Source: a virus. From it: DNA of 64,000 nt. The stretch is taken from positions 32,001 to 96,000 of the IMG/VR virus record IMGVR_UViG_3300020558_000217. One strand, 5' to 3'. The position numbers and the translations under genes are program-made. Positions 36,651 to 46,961 of the stretch are shown one piece after another (the first letter of the stretch is position 1; the number at the start of each line of letters is the position of its first letter). The notes beneath the pieces are model-generated. The model was not told the DNA's origin, ran no database searches, and worked only from the letters and a program-made list of their open reading frames with translations.

Positions 36651-39356
36651 TTGGCAGCAACTAGTACAACCACTACCACTTCAATAAATAATTCTGTAAG
36701 ATCAGGCACGCAACTAGTAGTAGATTCTATTTCTAGTACTCAAACGGTTGGTTCTTTTGCCACTGATATTTCATTACAACCATATATAAACAGCCGAATT
36801 ATTTCTTTCTTAGCGTTTAATATGAGACCTAATGAAAGAATGCATATATTTTTCGATAGTATTAACGTTGATGAATATTGCGCTCCAGCAGTGATTGACG
36901 CCAATAACAAATACGTATTACCTGCATCACTAGATAGTTCAGATTCAACTCAAATTGCTAAAAATGGTGATTGGGGTACACCAATATTTTCTGATTCTTT
37001 AGGTGTAGTAGCAGGGCAATTTTATATTCCTGCTGGTAAATTTAAAACTGGAGACAGGCTTGTTCAAATTACAGATGTAGACAGTTTAGTACTAGGAGGC
37101 TCTGCCTTTACTACTATGTCTTCTGCATATTTTACAGCGTCAAATCTTAATGTTACTAAACAAGCAATAACTTTGACTACTGTAAACCCTGAATTGAGAT
37201 CTATTCCTATTGAAGAATCAGTAGTAACCACGTCTACAAATGTTGTTATCAGAGAATTACCAGACATAATTAATGTAAGAGCTAATGCTTGGGAACCTAT
37301 AGCACAAGCGTTGACCATAAACACACCTCAAAACGAATCTGGCATTTTTGCAACTTCTTTAGAACTTTATTTTAAACAGAAAGCGCAAACCTCTGAACAC
37401 GGCGTGACAGTTTACCTGTGCGAGATAGATAACGGTTATCCTAATGGTAACGCTGTTCTTCCTTTTTCTAGAGTGCATTTACCATATAGTAATATCAACA
37501 TAAGCAACACTTCTACAGTTTCTACCAAGTTCACTTTTGAAGCTCCTGTGTTTTTGGCTAATAAAACAACTTATGCATTTGTTGTAAAGCCAGACGCAAA
37601 TGATCCAGATTATTTTGTCTGGAGCGCAAATCTAGGCGACATCGACGTATCAACTGGATTTCAAGTTTCCAGCCAGCCAGCCATAGGAACAGCTTTTTAT
37701 GGAGCTACTGAAACACAATGGACAGCTCTTCAGACAGAATATATTAAGTTCAAACTTAACAGAGCAAGTTTTCAGTATAATTCTGCTAATGCGGTTTTTA
37801 ATAATTCTAATACTGAATATTTGACTGTTTTCAATTTAGGTTATAGTAATACTTCTGTAGGTATAGTACCAGGAGATATAGTTTTTAACTCGACCAATTC
37901 TTTGTCTAACTCTTCTGGAGGAACAGTTAATACTTCCATTAGAGCAACAGTTAATTATTATGATAGCGTTAGAGGAATTTTGTATTGCGAATCATCTACT
38001 GGTAATTTCGTTTCCAACACTTTTGTGCAAGTTCACAGATTCGCTAACAATTCATTATCTTCTTCGCCGAACAATGTCACTTTAATAGCGTATGCTAATA
38101 CTTCTTCTCTTTATAATCCTGGCGTTAATGCTCTTGTTCCTCAATTTGCTACTATTTCGCCTCCAGGAACAACTTTGAATTTCACATATACAGGAACTAA
38201 TAACACATATTCTATAGATTCCGAAGAGTATAAAGTTAATCCTGGTTATGAAACTGAATTTTACGATTATGAAAGAATTGTTGTTTCTAAATCAAATGAA
38301 ATGGCCTCTATGAGCGGTAACAAATCTGTTACCATAAAAGGGAATATGACTACAGATACTGAATATTTGTCTCCTGTGATCGATACGGCCAGGCAACAAG
38401 AACTAGTAATTAAAAATGATATTGATCCTGTAGAAATCAAATATAATGAATTTTTCAATTCAGGTAACACGAAGTCAAAATATGTATCTCAAATAGTCAC
38501 ATTGGCTGACGGTCAAGATGCAGAAGATTTACAAGTTCTATTAACTGCATTCAAGCCTGTGGGTTCATCTATTCAAGTATGGGCTAAATTTCTAAACAAA
38601 GAAGATCCTCGACCTATGAGTCAGCAAACATGGACTCCTTTGTTAAACGATTCAATTGATGTTTATTCTGACCCTAGTAATCCAAACGATTTCAGAGAAT
38701 TGAAGTATTCACTAGGAAGTTATTACAGTAAAATTATAAGAACAGGAACTATTACATGTTCTAATACTAGCAACACTATTGCCGGTAATGGTACTTTGTT
38801 TACAACAGAACTAGAACCTGGATGGTATATTAATACTAAAACTTCTAAGGATATTCTTTTACAAGAAAGAACTAGAAAAATAGTATCTATTACTAATAGT
38901 ACTAGTGTTGTATTAGATAGCCCATTTTTTGGTAATTATACCAATGAACCTTATTATCTAGTTGCGCCTCCAACTACTGCTTGGTTGTCTACAGAGGCCT
39001 CTGTTCAATTAACAGGAAACGTTAGCACATATACTACAAACAACAGCATAGTTGGTAACGGAACTTTGTTCGCAACTGAGTTACTGCCAGGTAATATAAT
39101 TAATGTTGCTGGTGATTCTCAAACAATACTTTCTATCACTAATTCAACATTTTTGACAGTAGGCACGCCATGGTCGTCAAACAATTCAGGAGCTAATGCT
39201 TATGTTATAAGTGCTCCAGGCGTAACTTATCTTAATGAAAATTTGAATCTATATTCTTCGTTCAATAGATTTCAATTAAAAATTATACTTCAATCTAATG
39301 ACACTTCTAAGGTTCCGATTATGGATGATCTTAGAGTTCTAGCTTTGCAGATGTGA
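36651..39356 (+). CDS. VrlC-like large virion protein, C-terminal part
   Basis: AGGAG RBS with TTG start; EPIAQ, LELYFKQK, LSPVID, DLRVLALQ motifs. Confidence 0.8.
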   Translation: MAATSTTTTTSINNSVRSGTQLVVDSISSTQTVGSFATDISLQPYINSRIISFLAFNMRPNERMHIFFDSINVDEYCAPAVIDANNKYVLPASLDSSDSTQIAKNGDWGTPIFSDSLGVVAGQFYIPAGKFKTGDRLVQITDVDSLVLGGSAFTTMSSAYFTASNLNVTKQAITLTTVNPELRSIPIEESVVTTSTNVVIRELPDIINVRANAWEPIAQALTINTPQNESGIFATSLELYFKQKAQTSEHGVTVYLCEIDNGYPNGNAVLPFSRVHLPYSNINISNTSTVSTKFTFEAPVFLANKTTYAFVVKPDANDPDYFVWSANLGDIDVSTGFQVSSQPAIGTAFYGATETQWTALQTEYIKFKLNRASFQYNSANAVFNNSNTEYLTVFNLGYSNTSVGIVPGDIVFNSTNSLSNSSGGTVNTSIRATVNYYDSVRGILYCESSTGNFVSNTFVQVHRFANNSLSSSPNNVTLIAYANTSSLYNPGVNALVPQFATISPPGTTLNFTYTGTNNTYSIDSEEYKVNPGYETEFYDYERIVVSKSNEMASMSGNKSVTIKGNMTTDTEYLSPVIDTARQQELVIKNDIDPVEIKYNEFFNSGNTKSKYVSQIVTLADGQDAEDLQVLLTAFKPVGSSIQVWAKFLNKEDPRPMSQQTWTPLLNDSIDVYSDPSNPNDFRELKYSLGSYYSKIIRTGTITCSNTSNTIAGNGTLFTTELEPGWYINTKTSKDILLQERTRKIVSITNSTSVVLDSPFFGNYTNEPYYLVAPPTTAWLSTEASVQLTGNVSTYTTNNSIVGNGTLFATELLPGNIINVAGDSQTILSITNSTFLTVGTPWSSNNSGANAYVISAPGVTYLNENLNLYSSFNRFQLKIILQSNDTSKVPIMDDLRVLALQM

Positions 39357-39360
39357 TAAA

Positions 39361-39576
39361 ATGAATAATAAATATTACAGAACAGATTTTGAAGGTTTAG
39401 TAAAAGATCCGCATAGCGGAGCAGTTTTGAACGTGGATAATAATAAATTGGAAGCATATAAAAAACAGAAAGCTGCTTTCATGTTAAATGTTGAAAATAA
39501 TGAAAGAATCAATAAAGTCGAAAAAGATCTTAACGAAATTAAAGAAATGTTAAATCAACTCTTAAAAAGAAGTTAA
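39361..39576 (+). CDS. Conserved small T4-like protein (LVKD..SGAVLN...EIKEML)
   Basis: Typically follows VrlC-like genes. Confidence 0.75.
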   Translation: MNNKYYRTDFEGLVKDPHSGAVLNVDNNKLEAYKKQKAAFMLNVENNERINKVEKDLNEIKEMLNQLLKRS

Positions 39577-39579
39577 TAA

Positions 39580-42500
39580 ATGACAGTAAATGTTTCCAAC
39601 GTAGGCACAAATAATACTTTTGATTTTTGGCGCAATAGAACCAATGAAATGGCTTACACTTTTTCAGTGTTGGCTGTCACTGCCAATGGTTCTAATGCAG
39701 CTGTAGGTAATGCTGCGATTACTGGTAAATTTACTGCCGATTCTTTAGTTATTAATACAACTGCTCAAGTTAATAACGCTCTATTGGTTGGTAATAATAC
39801 TGTAGATGCTTTTAATTTCACGTTAGTTAATACGTCAGCAATATCTGTAGGTAACTCTACAGTAAATTCTTTCTTGGATTTCAACTCTCTCAATACATAT
39901 GCTGTTTATGTTGGTTCTAACGTTGTTGTTAATACCAATCAGTTGTTTATTACCAGTTCCACAGGTGGAAATACTACGAACGTAATAGCCAACAGCTCAA
40001 CTCTACTTTTCAGATCTAACACAACAGTAAATACAATAGCCAATTCTACATTAGTTCAGATTACTAATGGCGCTGCATTAGCTGTATTGAATTTCAATTC
40101 TTTATCTATTGGAAATTCTTTAGTAAATAGTACATCTATTTCTATGGTTGGTTCCAACAGCCTTTTTGCTAACACTGAAGCAGTGACTGTTGGATCTAAT
40201 GTGTTCATGAACACATCAACAATTGTAATCGGTAATACTTTTACAAATGTATTATCTAACTCTAGTTCAATTCTTGTTGGTAACACAACAATAAACACTT
40301 TCGCTAATTCTTCATTAGTAAAAGTTGCTAACTCTACAATTTCGGCTAATATTGAACCGCATAGATTAATTGTAGGAACTTCAATAGTCAATAGCACAAT
40401 TATTACAACTGGCGCTGGTGGTTTAGTTGCAAATACCACAGCCATTACAGTCGGTTCTAATGTTGTAGCTAACACCTCACAATTTATTATTAGTGTATCT
40501 ACTTCTAACGTTTTGGTCAATGCCATAGCTGTGGATATTGGTAATACTACTGTAAATTCTCTGGCTAATGCTACTTTAATTAGAATAGCTAATTCTACAG
40601 GTTCTGCTAATCTTAATCCTATAAGTCTAACTATTGGAACTTCGCTAGTTAATAGCACCATTATTACAACTGGATCCAACAGTCTTATAGCTAATACTAG
40701 TACTGTAAGAGTTGCTGCTAATATTCAGATTAATACTTCTTCTTATTTCGTAGGCAATAGCACTTTATATTCAGATCAAAGTATTAATAGATTCATTATT
40801 GCTAATAATTCAGGATCGGCAAATCTAGATCCAATAAGTCTGACCGTTGGAACTTCTTTAGTAAACAGCACAGTTATCACAACTGGAGCTAGTGGGTTTA
40901 CTGCCAATACTACTGCTATGCAGGTTACAACTGCAACAATTGGCAACTCTTCAGGTTTTTGGACAACGGGAACAGTTAATGCAGCGATTCATTCAGTAGG
41001 AACATCAACTATCGCTAATAGTTCTGGTGTTTATACTACAGTAGTTAATGCAGCGATTCATTCAGTTGGAACTTCTACGATTGCTAATGCTACTGGTGTT
41101 TATACTGGTATTGTTAATGCGGCAGTTCATTCTGTTGGAACTTCCACAATCGCTAATGCTACTGGCGTTTACGCTACAATTGTAAACGCCGCAACATTAA
41201 GTGTTGGAACTTCTACGATTGCTAATGCTACTGGCGTATATACTGGCATTGTTAATGGTTCTAGTATTACAGTAGGAACATCAACAATTGCTAATGCTAC
41301 TGGTGTATATACTGGCATTGTTAATGGTTCTAGTATCACTGTTGGAACCTCTACAATTGCAAATTCTACTGGTGTTTATACTCCTATCATTAACGCAGCA
41401 GTTCATTCTGTTGGAACTTCCACAATCGCCAATAGTTCTGGCGTTTACGCTCCTGTTGTTAACGCATCTACAATTAGCGTCGGAACTTCTTTTGTATCTA
41501 ACTCTTCAGTGCTGAATCATACCGGAACGGCGAACATTTCAGGTAATGTTCAATTTAGTGGAACATATGCCAACGTGTCTGGTAATATGTTCGTCAGAGG
41601 CGATCTAGCAGTTTCTGGTAATATTAGTTATACTGGTATTTCTACAGCTGACCTTGTACCAGCAGTTGGTGACATTTATAGTCTAGGTAATACAACATTC
41701 AAATGGTCAACTCTTTGGTCTCAGTTTGCAAACGTAGCTCAAAGCATTACAGTAGGTAATACTTCTTTTATTAACGCTTCTGGCGCTTATGTTACTACAA
41801 TTAATGCAGCAGTACATTCTGTAGGAACATCAACTATCGCTAATTCTACTGGCGTTTATACTCCTATTATTAATGCAGCCTCTCATACAGTTGGAACTTC
41901 TACTATAGCCAACTCCACTGGCGTTTACACTGGCGTTGTTAATGGTTCTAGTATTACTGTCGGAACATCAACTATAGCCAACTCCACTGGTGTTTACACT
42001 GGCGTTGTCAATGGATCCAGCGTTACAGTTGGTACTTCTACAATCGCTAATTCTACTGGAGTTTACACTGGCGTTGTTAATGCTTCTACTCTCAGCGTTG
42101 GATCTATTTTTACTGCAAATGCTCTTGGTATTAATACTACAGCAGTTGATGCTTCGGTTGAAGTTGTAGTTGGTAATTCAACAGTTAATGTTATCGTAAG
42201 TAACACTTCTGTTAGAATATCGAATTCTACTACAAATGTTTCTATAACTAATCCTAATACTACTGCTATTTCATCAGGCCAATATTTCTTGAATGCTAAT
42301 GGACAATGGAGTCTAGTAGTTACTGGACCTGTAACCAATGGCACTATTATTACTACCGGAACAAGCGCTCAAGAAATTGATGCCTATTCTATGGTTTCAT
42401 TCCCAGCTGCTGAATATATAATCAGCGTTGTTGATAATGTAGCCAACAATCGTTATATGTCAAAAATATTAACAACCCACGACAGAGCAACTGGATATAT

Positions 42501-42642
42501 GACAGAATTTGCTACTATAACAACAAACACAAACGTAGGAACATTTAGTTTCATAGCACCAAATGTATCACACGTTTCACTAAGATTTACTCCAGTATCT
42601 ACTAACACTACAGTCAAATATGTCAGGACAATAGTAACGTAA
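39580..42642 (+). CDS. Long fibre-like virion protein with 23-aa tandem repeats
   Basis: TFDFWRNRTN N-terminus; very N/S/T/V-rich beta repeats. Confidence 0.8.
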   Translation: MTVNVSNVGTNNTFDFWRNRTNEMAYTFSVLAVTANGSNAAVGNAAITGKFTADSLVINTTAQVNNALLVGNNTVDAFNFTLVNTSAISVGNSTVNSFLDFNSLNTYAVYVGSNVVVNTNQLFITSSTGGNTTNVIANSSTLLFRSNTTVNTIANSTLVQITNGAALAVLNFNSLSIGNSLVNSTSISMVGSNSLFANTEAVTVGSNVFMNTSTIVIGNTFTNVLSNSSSILVGNTTINTFANSSLVKVANSTISANIEPHRLIVGTSIVNSTIITTGAGGLVANTTAITVGSNVVANTSQFIISVSTSNVLVNAIAVDIGNTTVNSLANATLIRIANSTGSANLNPISLTIGTSLVNSTIITTGSNSLIANTSTVRVAANIQINTSSYFVGNSTLYSDQSINRFIIANNSGSANLDPISLTVGTSLVNSTVITTGASGFTANTTAMQVTTATIGNSSGFWTTGTVNAAIHSVGTSTIANSSGVYTTVVNAAIHSVGTSTIANATGVYTGIVNAAVHSVGTSTIANATGVYATIVNAATLSVGTSTIANATGVYTGIVNGSSITVGTSTIANATGVYTGIVNGSSITVGTSTIANSTGVYTPIINAAVHSVGTSTIANSSGVYAPVVNASTISVGTSFVSNSSVLNHTGTANISGNVQFSGTYANVSGNMFVRGDLAVSGNISYTGISTADLVPAVGDIYSLGNTTFKWSTLWSQFANVAQSITVGNTSFINASGAYVTTINAAVHSVGTSTIANSTGVYTPIINAASHTVGTSTIANSTGVYTGVVNGSSITVGTSTIANSTGVYTGVVNGSSVTVGTSTIANSTGVYTGVVNASTLSVGSIFTANALGINTTAVDASVEVVVGNSTVNVIVSNTSVRISNSTTNVSITNPNTTAISSGQYFLNANGQWSLVVTGPVTNGTIITTGTSAQEIDAYSMVSFPAAEYIISVVDNVANNRYMSKILTTHDRATGYMTEFATITTNTNVGTFSFIAPNVSHVSLRFTPVSTNTTVKYVRTIVT
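40978..41460 (+). repeat. 69-bp (23-aa) tandem repeat x7
   Basis: N[AG][AS]xxxVGTSTIAN[SA][ST]GVYxxxx units. Confidence 0.9.
41803..42078 (+). repeat. 69-bp (23-aa) tandem repeat x4
   Basis: Same unit as 40978-41460. Confidence 0.9.
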
Positions 42643-42971
42643 TGGCCACTAAAGCTAACTTAGTAATAGATCAAGGAACAACCTTTTCGACCGATTTAAC
42701 ATTGACGGACGAAAACGGAGACGCTTTGAATCTGAATGGCTATTCAGCAAACTCTCAAGTTAGAAAATGGTACTCATCTTCTAATGCTGCTGCAGTTTTC
42801 TCAACTTCTATAAATGTAGTTTCTAGCATTGTTACAATATCATTAACAGCCAACCAAACTAGTAATCTAGTTGCTGGTAGATATGTCTACGATGTAGAAC
42901 TTAATGATGGTTCTACAACTTCTAGAATTGTTGAGGGTATTATTACAGTCACACCTCAAGTCACGAGATAA
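42642..42971 (+). CDS. Small virion structural protein
   Basis: NLVIDQGTTF...GRYVYDVEL...RIVEGIITVTPQVT family. Confidence 0.75.
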   Translation: MATKANLVIDQGTTFSTDLTLTDENGDALNLNGYSANSQVRKWYSSSNAAAVFSTSINVVSSIVTISLTANQTSNLVAGRYVYDVELNDGSTTSRIVEGIITVTPQVTR

Positions 42972-42973
42972 AA

Positions 42974-43249
42974 ATGGTAAACGTCGTAGTAGGTAGAAGA
43001 AGGGATATTCGCGTTTCCGCTAATGCAACAAGCGGAATCATAGACACAACAGTGCCTGTTACTATTAAAAATACGCCTACTTTATCAAGCATGGAATCTA
43101 CACAAAGATTAGATAGTTTGCTGGATGTCATTTCTAGCGGAGAAACTAATGGGGCGGTTCCTGTTTATGATTCTTCTATTGACAAATATGTAGTTCAAAA
43201 ATTGAATTTAACTGATGTAGATGGCGGGTTAGATGGCGGGACGTTTTAA
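42974..43249 (+). CDS. Small fibre-associated protein (ends LDGGTF)
   Basis: C-terminal DGG.F motif shared with 43285-45258. Confidence 0.7.
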   Translation: MVNVVVGRRRDIRVSANATSGIIDTTVPVTIKNTPTLSSMESTQRLDSLLDVISSGETNGAVPVYDSSIDKYVVQKLNLTDVDGGLDGGTF

Positions 43250-43252
43250 AAA

Positions 43253-43260
43253 TATAAATA
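43253..43260 (+). promoter_or_regulatory. T4-type late promoter
   Basis: Intergenic TATAAATA. Confidence 0.75.
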
Positions 43261-43284
43261 TATAAAACAGGAGCAGTATTTTAA

Positions 43285-45258
43285 ATGTCCAATAAGATCC
43301 AAATTAAGAGATCTGTTTCTAATTCTACCGTTACAGGGTTATCCAACGGCGAACTAGCCTTTACTCAGGCCTCTAATACACTACACATAGGTCTTCCAGA
43401 CGGTTCTGGCGTTCTTCGTATTGGGGGCGCTCAATATCCAGGAACTCTTACTAATAGTCATGCTCTAGTAGCAAATTCTACTGGCGGTATTGATAAAGCA
43501 ATAGTAGCAAATTTAGTCCCTACTGGCATTTGGGCTAATGGTGCGGCTGGTTCCGCAGGGGATGTTCTTACCTCCAATGGTAGCGTAGTTTATTGGAAAG
43601 CTCCTTCCGCTGGAGTTGCAGGTTCAGACACTCAAGTGCAATTCAACGACGGCGGAAATCTTGCTGGCGATTCAGGTCTTACCTTTAATAAGACATCAGA
43701 CACTTTAACAGTTTCAAATAATATTATTATTTCTGGCGTAACGGTAAGTTCTAATACTACTACAGGGGCTTTGACTGTTGCCGGAGGCCTTGGTGTTGCG
43801 GGAAGAATTAATACTGGCGATTTAGCAGCTGGTAATGATTCGGTTTATTCTTCTCTTACAGGAACAACATTAGCCACAATTAACGTTTTTGCAACTTCAA
43901 CTGTTAACGCTGCAGTTCTCAGTGTTGGCGGTTGGGTTATTGCTAACAATGGCGGTGTTTATACTAGTGGTATAGTCAATGCTGATATTCTAGCTGTCGG
44001 AACTAATTTTAGAGCAAATACTACTCGTGTTACTGTTGGTTCTGGCGTAGGGTTTTCTGCTAACGGTTCTTTGGGTTCGGCAAATCAGGTTCTTCGATCA
44101 AACGGTACTAGCATTTATTGGGATGATGATGTTGGCGATATTTCGGCCATTACAGCTGGCAACGGTTTATCTGGCGGCGGAACCACAGGTGATATTACTG
44201 TTAGTTTACTAGCTAACAATGGTCTGATAGCCAATTCTTCAGGTTCGTTCGTAGATCCAGCAAATGGTGTTTATGTAGACGCTTCTGGTGTTGGCGTTCT
44301 TGCTAATAATGGTATTGTTTCTAACTCCTCTGGAACATTTGCTAAATCTGCAAATGGTACTAATGTCGATTCAGCAGGCATTAACGTTGTTGGTGGTACA
44401 GGCGTTACTGTTAACGCCAGTGGTGTGCATATCGGTCAGGCAGTAGGCACAACTTCTAGTGTAACATTTGCAAACGTAGTTACAACAGATCTTACTACTA
44501 GTGGAAATACAGTTCTAGGCGATTCTACTGCTGATACTCTTACAGTCGCAGCGCAAGTCAGTAGTAACGTTACTCCTTCAACTAATAACACATATCATTT
44601 AGGTAATAACACCCTTCGTTGGGCGCAAGTTCATGTCGCCAACGTTCATGGTGTTACTGGTACATTTGATGGCGACGTTCAAATTGCAGGCAGTCTCACC
44701 GTTTCAGGTAATGTTACCACCGTCAACGTAAGCTCTTTTGTTGTATCAGATCCTATGATCTATCTCGCTGGAAACAATTATGCCAGTGACGTCTTAGATA
44801 TTGGTTTTGCAGCCAATTATCATGATATTTCAACAAATACAAATCTACACACTGGTCTATTCCGTGATGCTTCTGATGGGGGCATCTATAAACTGTTTAC
44901 CGGTTCTGAGCAAGAACTATCTGGAAACAATACTGTAAATACTGCAGCTAATGGGTTTACATTAGCAATTCTACAGACTTATCTCCAATCTGGAGGATTG
45001 TATACCAATTCAACTTCAGCAAATTTAATTGCTAATTCATCATATACGGTTGGTATTGTTGCTAACACTCTGTCTCTATCTACTGCACTAGCTGGCACAT
45101 CAGGTGGTACAGGGTTGAATAACTATACAGCTGAAGATATCCTGGTTGCTAACTCGTCTAATGGATTCCGTAAACTAGCATTAGGAACTAGTGGTTATGT
45201 TCTTCAGTCCAACGGTAGTGCTATCGTATACGACGTGTTAGACGGAGGCAGTTTTTAA
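43285..45258 (+). CDS. Tail fibre-like protein
   Basis: IQIKRS...GELAF N-terminus; QVQFNDGG; ends LDGGSF. Confidence 0.8.
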   Translation: MSNKIQIKRSVSNSTVTGLSNGELAFTQASNTLHIGLPDGSGVLRIGGAQYPGTLTNSHALVANSTGGIDKAIVANLVPTGIWANGAAGSAGDVLTSNGSVVYWKAPSAGVAGSDTQVQFNDGGNLAGDSGLTFNKTSDTLTVSNNIIISGVTVSSNTTTGALTVAGGLGVAGRINTGDLAAGNDSVYSSLTGTTLATINVFATSTVNAAVLSVGGWVIANNGGVYTSGIVNADILAVGTNFRANTTRVTVGSGVGFSANGSLGSANQVLRSNGTSIYWDDDVGDISAITAGNGLSGGGTTGDITVSLLANNGLIANSSGSFVDPANGVYVDASGVGVLANNGIVSNSSGTFAKSANGTNVDSAGINVVGGTGVTVNASGVHIGQAVGTTSSVTFANVVTTDLTTSGNTVLGDSTADTLTVAAQVSSNVTPSTNNTYHLGNNTLRWAQVHVANVHGVTGTFDGDVQIAGSLTVSGNVTTVNVSSFVVSDPMIYLAGNNYASDVLDIGFAANYHDISTNTNLHTGLFRDASDGGIYKLFTGSEQELSGNNTVNTAANGFTLAILQTYLQSGGLYTNSTSANLIANSSYTVGIVANTLSLSTALAGTSGGTGLNNYTAEDILVANSSNGFRKLALGTSGYVLQSNGSAIVYDVLDGGSF

Positions 45259-45283
45259 TTTTCTTTGACAAAGGAATTATACT

Positions 45284-45784
45284 ATGGAAACTAATGAAGG
45301 TCAAGAAATTTATTTCAAACAATACATCCAGAGGCAGGAAAATCTGCTTCTGGATTTTATTCGTAAAAATACCGATTTAGAAATTAGAGTTTCTGCTCTA
45401 TCTTTCTCGTTAAAAGATATAACTTCCAAATACGAAGAATCTCAAAAACAAGTTTCAATACAAAACGATTTGATGCAACAAGCAGCAAACAGTGTAGAAA
45501 AACTTACTATTGAGAAAATGAATCTAGAGAAAAAAGAAACAGATAATAATAAAATAATAGAAGATTTGAAAAAGAATCTTCATGATTGTAAAGAAGAAAG
45601 AAAAAAGATTTTAAAAGATTTTGATGAATTTAAAAAATCTAATAAAAATTACGAAGATCTGAGTAAAGAATATGCTCGTCAAAACGAAGAAATGAATAAA
45701 GTATATTCTGAAAATAAACAATTAAAAGATAAAACTATAAATAAAACTAAACCTCAGGCAATATTGCCTCCGGATGAATTTTAA
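45284..45784 (+). CDS. Coiled-coil protein
   Basis: Heptad-rich K/E composition. Confidence 0.75.
   Translation: METNEGQEIYFKQYIQRQENLLLDFIRKNTDLEIRVSALSFSLKDITSKYEESQKQVSIQNDLMQQAANSVEKLTIEKMNLEKKETDNNKIIEDLKKNLHDCKEERKKILKDFDEFKKSNKNYEDLSKEYARQNEEMNKVYSENKQLKDKTINKTKPQAILPPDEF
45736..45743 (+). promoter_or_regulatory. Probable late promoter for 45822
   Basis: TATAAATA. Confidence 0.5.
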
Positions 45785-45821
45785 ATTTCTCAGTATATAC
45801 TGAGTTTCAGAGGAGCCTAGA

Positions 45822-46961
45822 ATGGCCAACACAGTTTTCAAACTGCGACGTTCATCAGTCGCAGGTAAAGTTCCTACCACAACAGATATTGCTATTGGCG
45901 AATTGGCAATAAATCTTACTGATAGAAAACTGTATTCTTCTGATGGTTCTAATACTTGGGAAATTGGAGCTAATCTTACATCTATAAGCGTTTCCGCTAA
46001 TTCTACAGTAAACAATATTATCATTTCTGGTGGAATATTTGCCAATGGTGGATTTGGTAATTCTGGGCAAGTTTTAACTTCTAATGGTTCAGCAACTTAT
46101 TGGACTAGTTCTAGCGGCGCAGGAACAGTAACACAAGTTAATACTGGAATTGGACTTACTGGAGGTCCAATCACATCTTCAGGAACTATAGAAGTTGTAG
46201 CCAATAGTGGCATAGTTGCTAACTCTTCAGGGGTGTTTGTTAAAGCTGGTAATAATGTTACTGTAAATTCAACTGGCGTTCATGTTATTGGCTCTGGTTA
46301 TGTCAGACAATCGTTTACCGGTAATGGTTCTAATACGATATTCACAATATCTGGAGGTTATACATCTAATAATCTTGATGTATATGTTAATGGTATTAGA
46401 TATAATAGTTCAGAAGTAGATGTGTCGTCGGGCACAACAATTACTTTTACAACAGCTCCTTTATCTGGCGCTTTGATTGAAGTTGTTGGTATAACTGCTG
46501 GCGTTCTGAATTATACAACCGTTAATACTGATTTAGCCTATACTTGGACAAATACGCACACTTTTAGTAATACAGTAACATTAAACGCTGTTTCAGCAAA
46601 CGGTTCTCTAGGCACCGCCAATCAGGTATTAACGACAAACGGTTCAGTTGTGTATTGGGCAAATGCTTCTGGTGGTAGCGGTGGCGGTTCTTGGATTCAA
46701 AAAACTTCTGGGTATACCGCCGTCAAAGGCGAATGGATCATGTGTGATACGAGCTCCGGAGCATTTACAGTTACATTACCAGCCTCTCCTAATACTAATG
46801 ATTATGTAAAAATAAACGTTGGGCCAGTGGCTTCAACAAATAATATAACAATTGGAAGAAATGGCTCTACAATTATGTCATTGAGCGAAAATATGACTAT
46901 AAATGACAATAATATTACAGTAGAGTTTGTTTATAATGGTTCAACTTGGAGAATAGCATAA
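45822..46961 (+). CDS. Tail fibre-like protein
   Basis: KLRRSSVAGKVP...GELAINLTDRKLY N-terminus; C-terminal DTSSGAFTVTLPASP domain of the kind seen in T4 gp34. Confidence 0.8.
   Translation: MANTVFKLRRSSVAGKVPTTTDIAIGELAINLTDRKLYSSDGSNTWEIGANLTSISVSANSTVNNIIISGGIFANGGFGNSGQVLTSNGSATYWTSSSGAGTVTQVNTGIGLTGGPITSSGTIEVVANSGIVANSSGVFVKAGNNVTVNSTGVHVIGSGYVRQSFTGNGSNTIFTISGGYTSNNLDVYVNGIRYNSSEVDVSSGTTITFTTAPLSGALIEVVGITAGVLNYTTVNTDLAYTWTNTHTFSNTVTLNAVSANGSLGTANQVLTTNGSVVYWANASGGSGGGSWIQKTSGYTAVKGEWIMCDTSSGAFTVTLPASPNTNDYVKINVGPVASTNNITIGRNGSTIMSLSENMTINDNNITVEFVYNGSTWRIA

Noticed and set aside
36300-36660. Intron or intein interrupting the VrlC-like gene
   Set aside because: The gap is only 22 bp, with no group I core, homing endonuclease or intein terminal motifs
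40978-42078. Possible CRISPR array
   Set aside because: The repeats are in-frame 69-bp coding units with synonymous variation; there are no unique spacers and no cas genes
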